A stretch of 64,000 nucleotides of DNA from an uncultured Planctomycetota bacterium (GCA_963845755.1 CAWJTV010000005.1:512001-576000); one strand, 5' to 3'. Numbered from the stretch's first letter, positions 9,551-19,318 are shown. Numbers and translations are program-made. Notes: generated by a model not told the origin, from the letters alone.

Positions 9551-9739
9551 TCACCTCAATTTGTAACTGTAAGAAGAACCGATTGCTACCAAGAGGAATC
9601 CGATCTGCTTGAAGTTGTTGATGCACTGACAAGTGCGCGCCGCTTCGCGCGAATCGGAGACGGTGCGCACCAGCCACGTTATCGGTGCGCAGGCGAGCGC
9701 GACGACTGCAACGTAGGCCATGGAGCGACGCACGGTCAT
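9551..9739 (-). pseudogene. Truncated DUF1559-family protein
   Basis: TM segment followed by SREAARTCQCINNFKQIG, the start of the DUF1559 domain, then an early stop. Confidence 0.65.
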
Positions 9740-9947
9740 TCGAGCCCTCCCATCGCCCCTCTGGTGCTCAACCTCACGGCTTGGCAGGCGGAACCGCTCG
9801 TTCGGCCGTTCCAGGTCCCGGCATCGTCCAGCGCCCACCTGTCCGGCTCAACTATGGATCACCTGTTACAGATTCTGGAATCGCGCCGCGCCCGCAAAAC
9901 AGGGTCAACAATGATTCAGAATTGCCACTCTTGGCCCTCGATGCGGG

Positions 9948-10670
9948 TTAGTTCAGTAGATAATAGTCCAGACAGAAATACTTGTCGTAAGATTCGCTAC
10001 ACAGCTCCAGAAAACCGGAGAACGAAGGGGCTAATGCAGTGATCCGATGTTCCTCATGGAGAATCCACGCCGTTTGGTCATCGGCTTTGCGAAGCACCAT
10101 GTCGCCTCCCAACGTCGTGTGGAGAATCAACGCATCGAACCATTCTCTAATCATAGGTCTGAATTCCGGTTCAAAGTCGTCTTCTTCCCAGCCAAGCGCC
10201 CGGAACGATTGCCACTCTTCAGGCCGCTCGAAGTTGCCAGCGGATACCGGGCGCTCCCTCACCCCGTGAAAGTGGTTGTAGAACTCTCGGATCAGATCGA
10301 ATCCAGCGAGGTCCTGATTTGCCAGGCATTTCTCCAAGACCACCGGATGCAAGGGAGCTTCGATGTAGACCGTTCCATCACGATCTTCATCTTCATCCCG
10401 ACGATTGAGTCCCAAGTACCATTGCGTGCCGTCCTGGGCCAAGGCGAACGGGCGAAACTTCAGAAGAACGTCACGGAAACGCGCCACGCTGGGATAGCGG
10501 ATGCTAGCCCATTCCATCGAGAGGGTCCGGATGATCTCAGCAGCGTTCCGCCCGATCCAACGCTTCATCCACGGTGTGAGTCCTTCGGTGGATGGCAGAT
10601 CGGTGAATTTGCACGGCAGCGCATACTCATCCCACGCCCACTGTCCTGAAGGGTCGATCTGAACTCGCAT
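9948..10670 (-). CDS. Hypothetical protein, possible SMI1/KNR4 (SUKH)-like immunity protein
   Basis: IREFYNHFHG...HTTLGGDMVL...WILHEEHRITALAPSFSGFLE resembles a SUKH C-terminus. Confidence 0.6.
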   Translation of the reverse strand: MRVQIDPSGQWAWDEYALPCKFTDLPSTEGLTPWMKRWIGRNAAEIIRTLSMEWASIRYPSVARFRDVLLKFRPFALAQDGTQWYLGLNRRDEDEDRDGTVYIEAPLHPVVLEKCLANQDLAGFDLIREFYNHFHGVRERPVSAGNFERPEEWQSFRALGWEEDDFEPEFRPMIREWFDALILHTTLGGDMVLRKADDQTAWILHEEHRITALAPSFSGFLELCSESYDKYFCLDYYLLN

Positions 10671-10965
10671 CTGACCTGCTCCTTGTGACCTCCAAACTGA
10701 CCGACGTCCGCCGCGGGCACAATCAACCATGGAAAGAGTCGAGCAAAAGCCCCAGCATCGCCGAGTGGGCCGTGGCCACCCTACCACGATGGTCCCTTGG
10801 CCCTCCGTTTGACTCTGCCACTGATCGCCATCCGCCGAGCAACTGACAAGCCTCAATAATAGTTCAGCCGTACCACGTCTAGTCCACGCACCCGCACCCG
10901 TTTTGGTTCACGAATCGATCCACCAAGATAGCGACCTCGAGGCCAGCGGCGGGCCGCTACAGGTG

Positions 10966-11427
10966 TCAGGCGTTCAGCCTGGTAAGAGGGGCTCGGTATC
11001 GTTCGGCGACATCGCCGTAGATCGCGATATCTGGCTCGTACCGGTCGAAGTTCTCCAAAATTTTGATGATCCCTTCGCGGATGAGTTGCCCGACCGGGGC
11101 GACCTCGGCGGGCTCGTGATCCAGGCGGAACTCGATGACGCTGCAGAACGAACTGACTGCATCGGTGTCTTTGTCGGCCTGCTCGCTTAATAGATAATCG
11201 ATGGCGGCTGGTACGTAGAATCGAAAAGCGATGGGGCCCATCCACATCAAGTCTTCCTGGGATACCAGGAAGTTTTCGCGAAACAACGCCTCGGCTTGCT
11301 TCAACTCCTTGCCGAGGAAATGCTCGACTGCAGTTCGCTCATCGAGAGAGTCAAAGAGGTTGATCTCCGCCGCATTCGGCAGATGCGCGTCAGTCCGTAA
11401 CATGGATTGCTTTCGAGGCCGCCGCAT
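10966..11427 (-). CDS. Hypothetical protein (cassette gene)
   Basis: 153-aa acidic ORF, EDLMWMGPIAFRFYVPAAIDYLLS; RBS-like AGGGG upstream. Confidence 0.75.
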   Translation of the reverse strand: MRRPRKQSMLRTDAHLPNAAEINLFDSLDERTAVEHFLGKELKQAEALFRENFLVSQEDLMWMGPIAFRFYVPAAIDYLLSEQADKDTDAVSSFCSVIEFRLDHEPAEVAPVGQLIREGIIKILENFDRYEPDIAIYGDVAERYRAPLTRLNA

Positions 11428-11528
11428 TGATCACCCCTGACAAGTCTCATGGCTTGATCATCCGTTCCACCTTCACCCATCGTTCCACGCCGCGGTGTCC
11501 GCGCCAACTATAGTTCAGGCGTTGCAAA

Positions 11529-11759
11529 CTACGCGGCGGGCCTCGGTTTGCTCCACGCCAGATAAGTTCCGGCGCCGATAAGTAGGATGCCCCAGGCGGC
11601 GAGCCCGTTCACATCGTTGAACATCCTGCGGCCATCAGGATCGGCAACCGATGAGAGCAAGTACCAGAGGAGGACCAAGGCGCCACCGACGACCACCGAT
11701 ATGATGCCCGCGATCTTGTAGACCCACTGCATTGAGCCCTCCTGACGACTGTAGCCCAT
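11529..11759 (-). CDS. Small two-TM membrane protein (cassette gene)
   Basis: Two hydrophobic helices; alternative start at 11732 after AGGAGG. Confidence 0.7.
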   Translation of the reverse strand: MGYSRQEGSMQWVYKIAGIISVVVGGALVLLWYLLSSVADPDGRRMFNDVNGLAAWGILLIGAGTYLAWSKPRPAA

Positions 11760-11909
11760 TCCTTGTCATCCGGGGCAGTCGCATGGCCCGGACCTCCGCG
11801 ATGACAGACTCGCAAGCCTCGTTTCTGGACCGGCCGTCCCAGCTTTCTGCATCGTCCCGCGCCCGACTGTCCGCGTCAACTATAGATGAACGGATGCGTT
11901 CCCGGACGG

Positions 11910-12782
11910 TCATTTTGGCCCCAGCGAGTCGGGTGGGACGGAAAGCCAGCGAAGTGGTCCGCAGTAATCGTACCCGGCCCCGCTCCTTCGGACCGAGATC
12001 CGATACTGATGGTCTAATTCCACGCCCTCCTGGGAGGGGCTGTGGATCGCGAGTTGGAATGTCTCCATCGGCAGGCGGCCCTGGATCACCTTGTCGATCT
12101 TGAGGGTCACGACCCACCCTAGGCGTGGATCGAGTGTGGCGCCGCCCACGTTGTCGATCCTCGTGACGGTACCGAGGAAAACCGTCTCCTCCAGACTCTT
12201 GAAGGATGAATAAATAAATTCACTATGGAATTTAAACTCATAATGCCACCAAATATGGGCGACCGTCGGCGGCGGATTCGGGCCACTCAATGCATCATCC
12301 CGGACTTCGCGAGGAGTGCCGCGGAAGCCCCCCGACTCGCAGCCACGCATCTCCCAGACTGGCCCTTCCTCTGCTGGTATATCCTTGGCGCCCCAGGTTT
12401 TGGAGAAGAAGTCGAACTTGACGGGTGTCTCTAATCTCTTGCCATTGACGCTCGTGACAGAAAAGTACGGCGTATCATCCTTAGGCGGCTGGTTGGGGAG
12501 CCCACGAGGTCGAATCCACGAACCCTGGATCGTGACAAGTTCCCCCAGGGGATATCCGAGGCGACCGATGATCTGGACTCGCGTCCCGATGTCGGACGCG
12601 AGCACCTTCTGCACCGGGGGCTGGACTTCGATCGGTCCCGCGGGGGCTGCACCCGAGGAATCGCGGGGGAAGTTTTCGGCCCTCTTCCGCGAGGTCTTTT
12701 CCACTTGTCCCTCTGCCATCAATCCTGCGAGCATCAGGACCCCGATCGCCGCGCCGGCGAACGCCCAATTCTGTGCCTTCAT
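11910..12782 (-). CDS. Secreted hypothetical protein (cassette gene)
   Basis: N-terminal signal MKAQNWAFAGAAIGVLMLAG, GGAGG RBS, IIGRLGYPLGELVTIQG. Confidence 0.75.
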   Translation of the reverse strand: MKAQNWAFAGAAIGVLMLAGLMAEGQVEKTSRKRAENFPRDSSGAAPAGPIEVQPPVQKVLASDIGTRVQIIGRLGYPLGELVTIQGSWIRPRGLPNQPPKDDTPYFSVTSVNGKRLETPVKFDFFSKTWGAKDIPAEEGPVWEMRGCESGGFRGTPREVRDDALSGPNPPPTVAHIWWHYEFKFHSEFIYSSFKSLEETVFLGTVTRIDNVGGATLDPRLGWVVTLKIDKVIQGRLPMETFQLAIHSPSQEGVELDHQYRISVRRSGAGYDYCGPLRWLSVPPDSLGPK

Positions 12783-13036
12783 CACAGGCCCCTCCGTCCG
12801 AAACGGCTCAATCAGATGCTGTCTCCGGTCCACCCGTTGCAGATTCCCGCATCCTCCCGCGCCCTCCCGTCCGCGCCAACTATAGTTGACCGTGTCCACT
12901 TTCTGCCACCGTCCCGCGCCAACTATAACTCGCTCGTCACGTTCTTGATTGGGTGGGCAGGCCGGGTAATGGCCGGAGATTAAGGCCCAGCCCACACCAA
13001 CCAAGCCGATAAGGAGGGGAGAAAGGACGCCAAGGG

Positions 13037-13159
13037 GAGTGAAACAGGGTCGCAGCTAGTTTTGGGGGGTGAAACAGGGTCGCAGCTAGTTTTGTACTCG
13101 AAGATGGAGTTGGGAGTGAAACAGGGTCGCAGCTAGTTTTGTACTCGAAGATGGAGTTG
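13037..13159. repeat. Tandem repeat GTGAAACAGGGTCGCAGCTAGTTTTG x3
   Basis: Copies at 13039, 13069 and 13116. The last two share the same following sequence TACTCGAAGATGGAGTTG. Confidence 0.9.
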
Positions 13160-13368
13160 TGGCCAAGCGACCGAACGAGCAGCACCGATCGTTCGTCGGC
13201 GACGCATAGGTCATCTGCTCGGGCTGCGGATGCGCTGCTTTTAGGGCGTCACTCGCCCCCGACTCGACCAACGACAACCCCGCGAGCCAAAGCAACGAAT
13301 CACCGCAAGCGGATAGCACTGGGGACATTCTGTCCTTCCCCACCGATCGTCTGTTGCGCCGGAGATTC

Positions 13369-13465
13369 GAGGTGGCGGGAAACTAACCCGCGTCCTTATT
13401 AGACGCAAATATTTGCAAACAAATGACTTATAGCATAAAACGGAGGCGGCGGCAATTGCACCTGC
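13369..13465 (-). other. Two degenerate tmRNA(ssrA)-like 3'-end fragments (att scars)
   Basis: Reverse complements GGACGCGGGTTAGTTTCCCGCCACCTC (13369-13395) and GCAGGTGCAATTGCCGCCGCCTCCG (13441-13465) resemble the tmRNA T-arm/acceptor 3' end. Confidence 0.55.
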
Positions 13466-14210
13466 CGCCCCGGTTTATCGAGTCGTTCTTACCATCGCCT
13501 CTGTGGAGTCGCCGGTGTCAGATCTGTATTCGGTTACCCAGACACCACCTGTTCCTGCGAATCTTGCTCGCGTCGGTCCCACGATACGAATGGCGCTAGC
13601 TTGGGCCCAAGTCGTTTCTTGTAAAGGATTTGGACCTAAAGCGTGCGGATTTCTTGCAGGAAATATTATGATATATTAGTATCCCAATTAGATGACTAGA
13701 CGGGAAATATAGGGCGTGAAATGAAGTTGGTTCGCCTTTCACGATTGGTATCACACGACGGGCGAGTTTCAGGATTCCGCCGGGTCGCCTTGGGGAATCG
13801 CTCCCCCAAAGCGACCCGGCGACATCCGTTAGCGACTCCCCCGCCGCAGGTGGGGATGCTCGAGTGAGCACAAGCCGGTTTCACACACGGATCCAACGCC
13901 CCGCCACCGATGAGTACTCCCATGATGGCGTCGGTCCGCAACTCTCGGCCGGCGTCACCACTGACGATGCCTTGCGCAGTCGATCCGCTTGCATAAGGCG
14001 ATCCTCGCGGGCGGTTCCACAAAGAACCGGACCGCGAACGTCGAGACCACACATGCCGAGCCGCGGTGTGCGTGCTGGCGGTCGCTCGACTGGGCCGCCG
14101 TCGCATTTTGTCGCGTTGACACCGTCAGGAGTCTCGGCAAAGATCTCCGCCTCTGTAGCGGGCACACAAATCGATCCGGAGCCGGCATCGACAAGAGAAG
14201 GGGGACAACG

Positions 14211-15220
14211 ATGTCCAATGATCCGCGTCACAGGTCACGCCGTCGCAGGCAAATCCAGGTCGAGCTGCTCGAGAGCCGCGCGCTTCTGAGCGCGAGTTCG
14301 GTGTCCTCTGCGGAAAGGTCTCTGCTCATCACCCCATCGAGTGAGTATTGTGAACCAGCAAGAGAGTGCGTTCACGGTTACCCTGACTCTGGAGAAAGCG
14401 CAGGCCCAAGCGAAAGTGGTGGCCGCAGGGGGGTACACGGCTGCTGCGCTGGATGAGCCGGTGACCGTCGACTTCAGTGCGTCGCTCGAATCGACGAGCG
14501 GCGGGCCCACGACGGCGGCGAGTCCAATTTTCGCGCCCTTTAACGAGTCGGTCACATTCCCGGCCGGCGTATCGACCGAAACGGTCACTGTCCCGATCAT
14601 CTCGACTGCGGCCACGCCTGGCCCGGTGGTGATCTCGCTCTCGGCGACGACGACGTCCTCGTCTGTGCAAACCACATCGTGCCGATGATCTCCCAGGCTA
14701 CTTGCCGGCGGTACCCCCAGATTGGGTGGAGCTCTACAGCAGCCCGAACGCCGTCCCACCGACGATCACAAGCGTTCAACTGGTGACACAGGGCAAGCTC
14801 GCGTCGGCCGTCGTGCTCGGCTTCAGCAAACCGATGGTGCCGGCGACTGTGGAGAATATCCACAATTATCGGATCCTGTCGCGGCCCACTACGACCGACC
14901 ACAGCAGTTTTACATTTTCGGGCTTCGTCTGCAAGAGTCGGATAACCACAGAATACCAATCCTTTCCCATCGCGGCGGCGACCTACGATCCCTCGACCTC
15001 GACGGTCACGTTGACGCTGAAGCGGCCTGCCAAGGCGTCGAGACTGTACCAGATTTCCAGCGCGTACCCACTCAGAGGACATAAGCTTACCGATCTGCAG
15101 GGTCAGCCGCTGAGTCCAGATTCGACCCCCGGCACGGGGACGTTTACTATCGGAGTTCGCGGGTTTAGTGCGGAGGCGACCTCATGGGCGCCGCGTTCGC
15201 TCAAGTCCACCTTGGGTTAG
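14211..15220 (+). CDS. Planctomycete secreted protein with Calx-beta-like domain, frameshifted
   Basis: VELLESRALLS signal motif; SVTFPAGVSTETVTVPII; continues across three frames (14341..14688, 14702..15220). Confidence 0.65.
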
Positions 15221-15342
15221 GTTCGCTTGTTTCTGAAAGATAGGATTTCGGACAAAAAGTGGGTGGGGCGATTGTCGCCGGCATCGAGCGTTCGCTCTAG
15301 CTCCGACGATCCACCCCCGCCATCGGAGTGAATTGGCTCACT

Positions 15343-15566
15343 CCGGATTTTGAGTCCGGTACGTCTGCCGTAGCCGTGGCATTGGAAACAGGTTGCGGTG
15401 ATGCTTAAAGTCTGTCAATCCAAGGCTCGCACGTCGCCACCTTGGGTGTTTTCGCATTGTGGCCGCATGGGGCTGACGTTGCCAATACTGTTCCCAATTT
15501 GTTCCCAACTCGCGCCCGAATAGAGGCCGTTACAGGCTTGATCATGGGTGATGGGCTGACGCGGGC
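15343..15566 (-). repeat. att-like module C: tRNA-Leu(CAA) anticodon-arm core plus arm region
   Basis: CCGGATTTTGAGTCCGGtaCGTCTGCC followed by about 200 bp nearly identical to 19665-19858, including TGTTCCCAATTTGTTCCCAA. Confidence 0.88.
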
Positions 15567-15722
15567 AGTGGCCGATGTCGGATCAAGCGTGTAAACCCCG
15601 TCCCCGGTGATCCGTGGGCGATGCCGGAACGGCCTTCCGAGCGAGAGGCACAAAACCGCGTGGAGGAGCGGCCCTCGGTCGTGCCAGCCGGGGGTTTCTC
15701 GTTGGCCTCGGCTTTCGGCGTC

Positions 15723-15744
15723 GGTTCAAATCCAGTCGCCCCGA
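15723..15744 (+). other. tRNA-Pro-like 3'-end fragment (att scar)
   Basis: GGTTCAAATCCAGTCGCCCCGA matches a tRNA-Pro T-loop/acceptor 3' strand; no 5' half upstream. Confidence 0.65.
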
Positions 15745-15759
15745 CTATTTTTCGAATCG

Positions 15760-15792
15760 AGCCCTTCGGCGAGAACGTCGAAGGGCTTTCTT
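15760..15792 (+). terminator. Hairpin after the tRNA-Pro-like fragment, possible intrinsic terminator
   Basis: AGCCCTTCG...CGAAGGGCT followed by TTCTT. Confidence 0.5.
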
Positions 15793-16177
15793 ACTGCGAA
15801 GACGAGATTTGCGACGTAAAAATTGAGTTCAATGATCATAGCGGGAAGCTCTGCGGTTCCGGATGAGTTGATGCAAGTTCTTTCGCATCAATATGATCAT
15901 TTGTTCAAATTCTGTCACTCGTTTCGGCGGTCAATTTACAAGCCGCTCAACTCCATTTACACGTCGAGGAGGCTGCGGCAGACATGCGGAGAATGGACGC
16001 TGGCATACATGCGGAACGAGGAGTTAGAGATGTTGGGGTGCGACGTCTTTAAGATTCGATGGAAAAAGACCGCGTCCTCGTGTAACGCGCCGGCGTTATT
16101 TCTTGCGGGCTTGGTTCGTCCGCTGCAATCGGCCGTTCACCGAACCGTGGCACACACACTCCAACGGGGCTGGTTCC

Positions 16178-17171
16178 ATGACACGTTCAGACGCGATCAT
16201 CAGGCGGCAACTCCTCAAGGCCGGGCTCATCGTCGCCGGGGTGCCGTTCTGTCCCGAAGCCCTGTTCGACCGGCGCGCCGCCGCGGACGACGAGAAGCCG
16301 GCGGAGACGCCCCGATCGGGCGGCGCGAGATCGTCAAGGGGCTCGACGGCATGAGCCGGGTCGCCGACAAGGGGAACACATTCGGCCTCGGGCACAACGC
16401 CGCCGCCGTCATCTCGTCCGCGTTCTTCTGCCGCGAGCAGAAGCTCGACGCCGACACGCAGAAGGAGATTCTGGCCTTTCTCGACGCCCGGCTGTTGAAG
16501 AACCCGATCTACGCGGCGGCCCGGCCGAAGGAGACCGCCGACCCGAAGCTCGTCGAGGGGCTGCTCGAAGACCTCGACGCCGGCATCGCCACGCTGCGTG
16601 GGAAAGGCCACAACATCATCTTCGCGGTCACCTGCCTCAAGGCCCTCCGCGAAGTGCCCGAGGCCGCGACGCCCGAGCGGATCGGCGGCCTGCGGAAGAT
16701 GGTCCAGAGCTTCGGGAAGACGAAGGGCGCGGCCGCGAAGGATCCCGATCCGCTCGTGGGCCTCGACGACGAGCAGAAGTTCATCCACTTCATTTTCGAG
16801 GAGTTCCTGAAGGCGACGGGCGACGGGTTCGACGGGCACGTGGTGACGATCGGTCACGCCCTGGTCGAGCTGCACCGCATGGGGCACAAGGAACTGGCCC
16901 GCAAGGGTGTCCCGGCCTACTGGCAGTGGGTCCGGGGGGCACGCGCGGGGAACGAGGGCGAGGGCGAAGCCGCGCCGCCCCGCCCCAGGCACCGACCCCG
17001 CTCACCCGCGAGTACTGGGCCGCTCAGGCGAAGCGCCGCGTCGGCGAGATCGTCAGCAGCCACATGGTCAAGTACCCGTACAGCTTCTACGCCCTGGCCA
17101 AGGACGTGAAGGACGAGGACCTGAAGAAGCGGATTCTGGCGAAGGTGTACCGCTTGACCGCGACTAACTGA
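16178..17171 (+). CDS. Probable Tat-exported hypothetical protein, frameshifted
   Basis: IRRQLLKAG twin-Arg signal; His motifs GHNAAA, GHNIIFA, GHVVTIGHAL, SHMVKY; pieces in three frames. Confidence 0.65.
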
Positions 17172-17235
17172 CCTCGGAAGCTCATCGTCCTTTCGCCGCG
17201 TCCCCGCGCGAGCAGTCGACCGGTGAATGCCGCGA

Positions 17236-19005
17236 CTAATCGGTGTAGTATTTGTTTTCGTCGGGGAACTCTTCGCCCGCGAGAATCTCGTCCTTTTGCG
17301 CCAGGAATCGTTCCAGCGGCGGACGTTGCGTGAGCCCAATGGCCCGCTGGCAAGCGTGGGCGAGCGCAAGCAGGGTGCTTTCGTCGTAAACGCGGCCAAT
17401 CATCATTTGCGGTTTTGGCAACGGGAAACCGTCCTTCGCTTCGAACTTCTTCGGGAACACGATCATCGGATGCCCCGTCAAATTGCCGTACCAATCCCAT
17501 CGGTCATCCGGAGCGACGCCCGTAATCCATTCGTCACACAGAAAGACATCGACGGCCTGCATCATTTTGTCATGTCGCTGCATGATGATGGCCCGCAGCC
17601 GATTGAGCTTCAGATAGTCGACAGCCGTTTGAAAATGGCCAAGCAAAAACCACTGAGGCCAACCTTTCACGCCCTTGGGCTCTCCACGACGCGTGAGGTC
17701 TTCGAACGCGGCGGCCGACTCGCTGGCAACAAGCCCTGCCGAGAGCTCATTCTTCGCCAGTCCGTAGTCCTTTTTCAAATTGGGCGGTTCGACGGGGACG
17801 AGTTTCACGCCCAGTTCGCGCAGGACTCGAAAATCATCGCTTTGCTCATCTTCGCCCCCTTTTGCGACGTACCCCACTCGAATCGTGGAAAGCTCCCGCG
17901 ACGAAGGCCAGACGTACGGCCGGTCGACAGATGCCGCGTCGCGCGGATCGGCGCCGTGAATCGCGGCGAGAACCAAACCGCAGTCGTCAGCGTTGCGGCA
18001 GATTGGCCCGATCTTGTCGAGCGACCAACAGAGTTGCATGCAGCCATATCGGCTGACGCGTCCATACGTCGGTCTCAGTCCCACGGCACCGCAGACGATG
18101 GAAGGGCCGATGAGGCTGAACGTGGTTTCGGTGCCGATGGAAAAGCCGACGAGTCCGGCGGCGGCGGCCACTGCCGACCCAGACGACGAACCCGCTGCAT
18201 CTTGGCGGGGATTCCAGGGATTCCGGGTTATGCCGCGATACCACAAAACCGATCCGCCGGCCAATGTATTGGTGGCCAATTTCGCTACGAGCACCGCACC
18301 GGCATTTTCAAGCCGTTCGGCGACGGCCGCTTTCACGTCGATCACGCGGTCGCGATATTGCCCCACGCCCCATGTCGTGGGATAGCCGGGATAGGAAAGG
18401 ATGTCCTTGATGCCCCAGGGGATTCCGTGAAGCGGTCCTCGATCGTTTTTGGCCCGCAGATCCTGATCGGCGCGCTCCGCTTGTTTCAGTGCCAGCTCGT
18501 CCATGTAGGTCACGACACATTTGAGCAGCGGGTCGTAGCGCCGGAGCCGTTCCAGATACAACTTCGTCAATTCCACCGACGAAATCTGTCGATTGCGCAA
18601 CAGTTTCCCGAGCTGCCGAATGGAACTGAACGCCAGATCCTCGTCGGAGTCAGGCCGTGAAACCGGATCAGGGGCCGGTGCCGGCGATGTCATGACCTCG
18701 TAACCGCGCGGATCAGGAAGTGACGCGGGACTGGCGAACGGAACGAACCGGAGCCCCGGAAGCAGCGAATTGTCGACCTCGATCGCTCGAACATGTTCCA
18801 AGTCCTCTGGCGCCCACTTGAAGGCCTTGACGACCGCTTCCCGCTGCGGCTCGGTGAGCTTGATGCCCGCCACCCATTCTGCGTCCGCAACCATTTGTGG
18901 CGAAACAGGTCCGCCTCCCGCCGTCGCCGCCAACGCCCGTTGAAAAACGGCCGTTCCTATCCCGGCCGTCCCAAGAACCGCCAGCGCACTTCGCCGACTG
19001 AGCAT
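17236..19005 (-). CDS. Amidase signature (GatA-like) family protein, Tat signal
   Basis: SRRSAL; GPLHGIPWGIKD, GSSSGSAVA, IGTET, GLRPTYGRVSRYG. Confidence 0.93.
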   Translation of the reverse strand: MLSRRSALAVLGTAGIGTAVFQRALAATAGGGPVSPQMVADAEWVAGIKLTEPQREAVVKAFKWAPEDLEHVRAIEVDNSLLPGLRFVPFASPASLPDPRGYEVMTSPAPAPDPVSRPDSDEDLAFSSIRQLGKLLRNRQISSVELTKLYLERLRRYDPLLKCVVTYMDELALKQAERADQDLRAKNDRGPLHGIPWGIKDILSYPGYPTTWGVGQYRDRVIDVKAAVAERLENAGAVLVAKLATNTLAGGSVLWYRGITRNPWNPRQDAAGSSSGSAVAAAAGLVGFSIGTETTFSLIGPSIVCGAVGLRPTYGRVSRYGCMQLCWSLDKIGPICRNADDCGLVLAAIHGADPRDAASVDRPYVWPSSRELSTIRVGYVAKGGEDEQSDDFRVLRELGVKLVPVEPPNLKKDYGLAKNELSAGLVASESAAAFEDLTRRGEPKGVKGWPQWFLLGHFQTAVDYLKLNRLRAIIMQRHDKMMQAVDVFLCDEWITGVAPDDRWDWYGNLTGHPMIVFPKKFEAKDGFPLPKPQMMIGRVYDESTLLALAHACQRAIGLTQRPPLERFLAQKDEILAGEEFPDENKYYTD

Positions 19006-19318
19006 GATTCAACTCCCTCGAGTGTTTGACGACGACCGGACCGGAGTCGCGTCGGCCCCACGCCAGCCGCCAGTCTATCTTAACTCCGAGTCGCCAAACG
19101 CAACCTCTTTGGCTGCGTGACCACAATTTTTCCCGGAAATAGGAGCGACCGCCAGGCGAGCTCCAAGGTCGGAGAAGGATGGCCGAAGTGATGGCAAGGC
19201 ATCAACCAACCACGTCAAGTGCAGGATGCGAAACTGCATCGGTCGCGTCAACTGAATGCGTCGAACGGCACGCAGGCGTCAAAAATACATATTACAGGTC
19301 GCAGACGTTCATTCCGTC

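Larger units (their letters stand above)
9806..12939 (-). repeat. Array of 7 copies of a ~57-bp intergenic repeat with a 28-bp dif-like core
   Basis: Cores at 9841-9868, 9898-9925, 10846-10873, 11497-11524, 11869-11896, 12869-12896 and 12912-12939. Plus-strand consensus GTCCGCGYCAA-CTATAG-TTSA.... Five copies share an ungapped 46-nt alignment. Confidence 0.88.

Noticed and set aside
9551..12939. Classical integron/CALIN with attC sites
   Set aside because: No RYYYAAC...GTTRRRY long hairpins are seen between genes (only a faint left-half resemblance near 10940-10980), and there is no IntI in the window.
13037..13159. 26-bp repeat x3 as a CRISPR array
   Set aside because: Spacers are 4 and 21 bp, the sequence after copies 2 and 3 is identical, and there are no cas genes. 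It is a tandem repeat.
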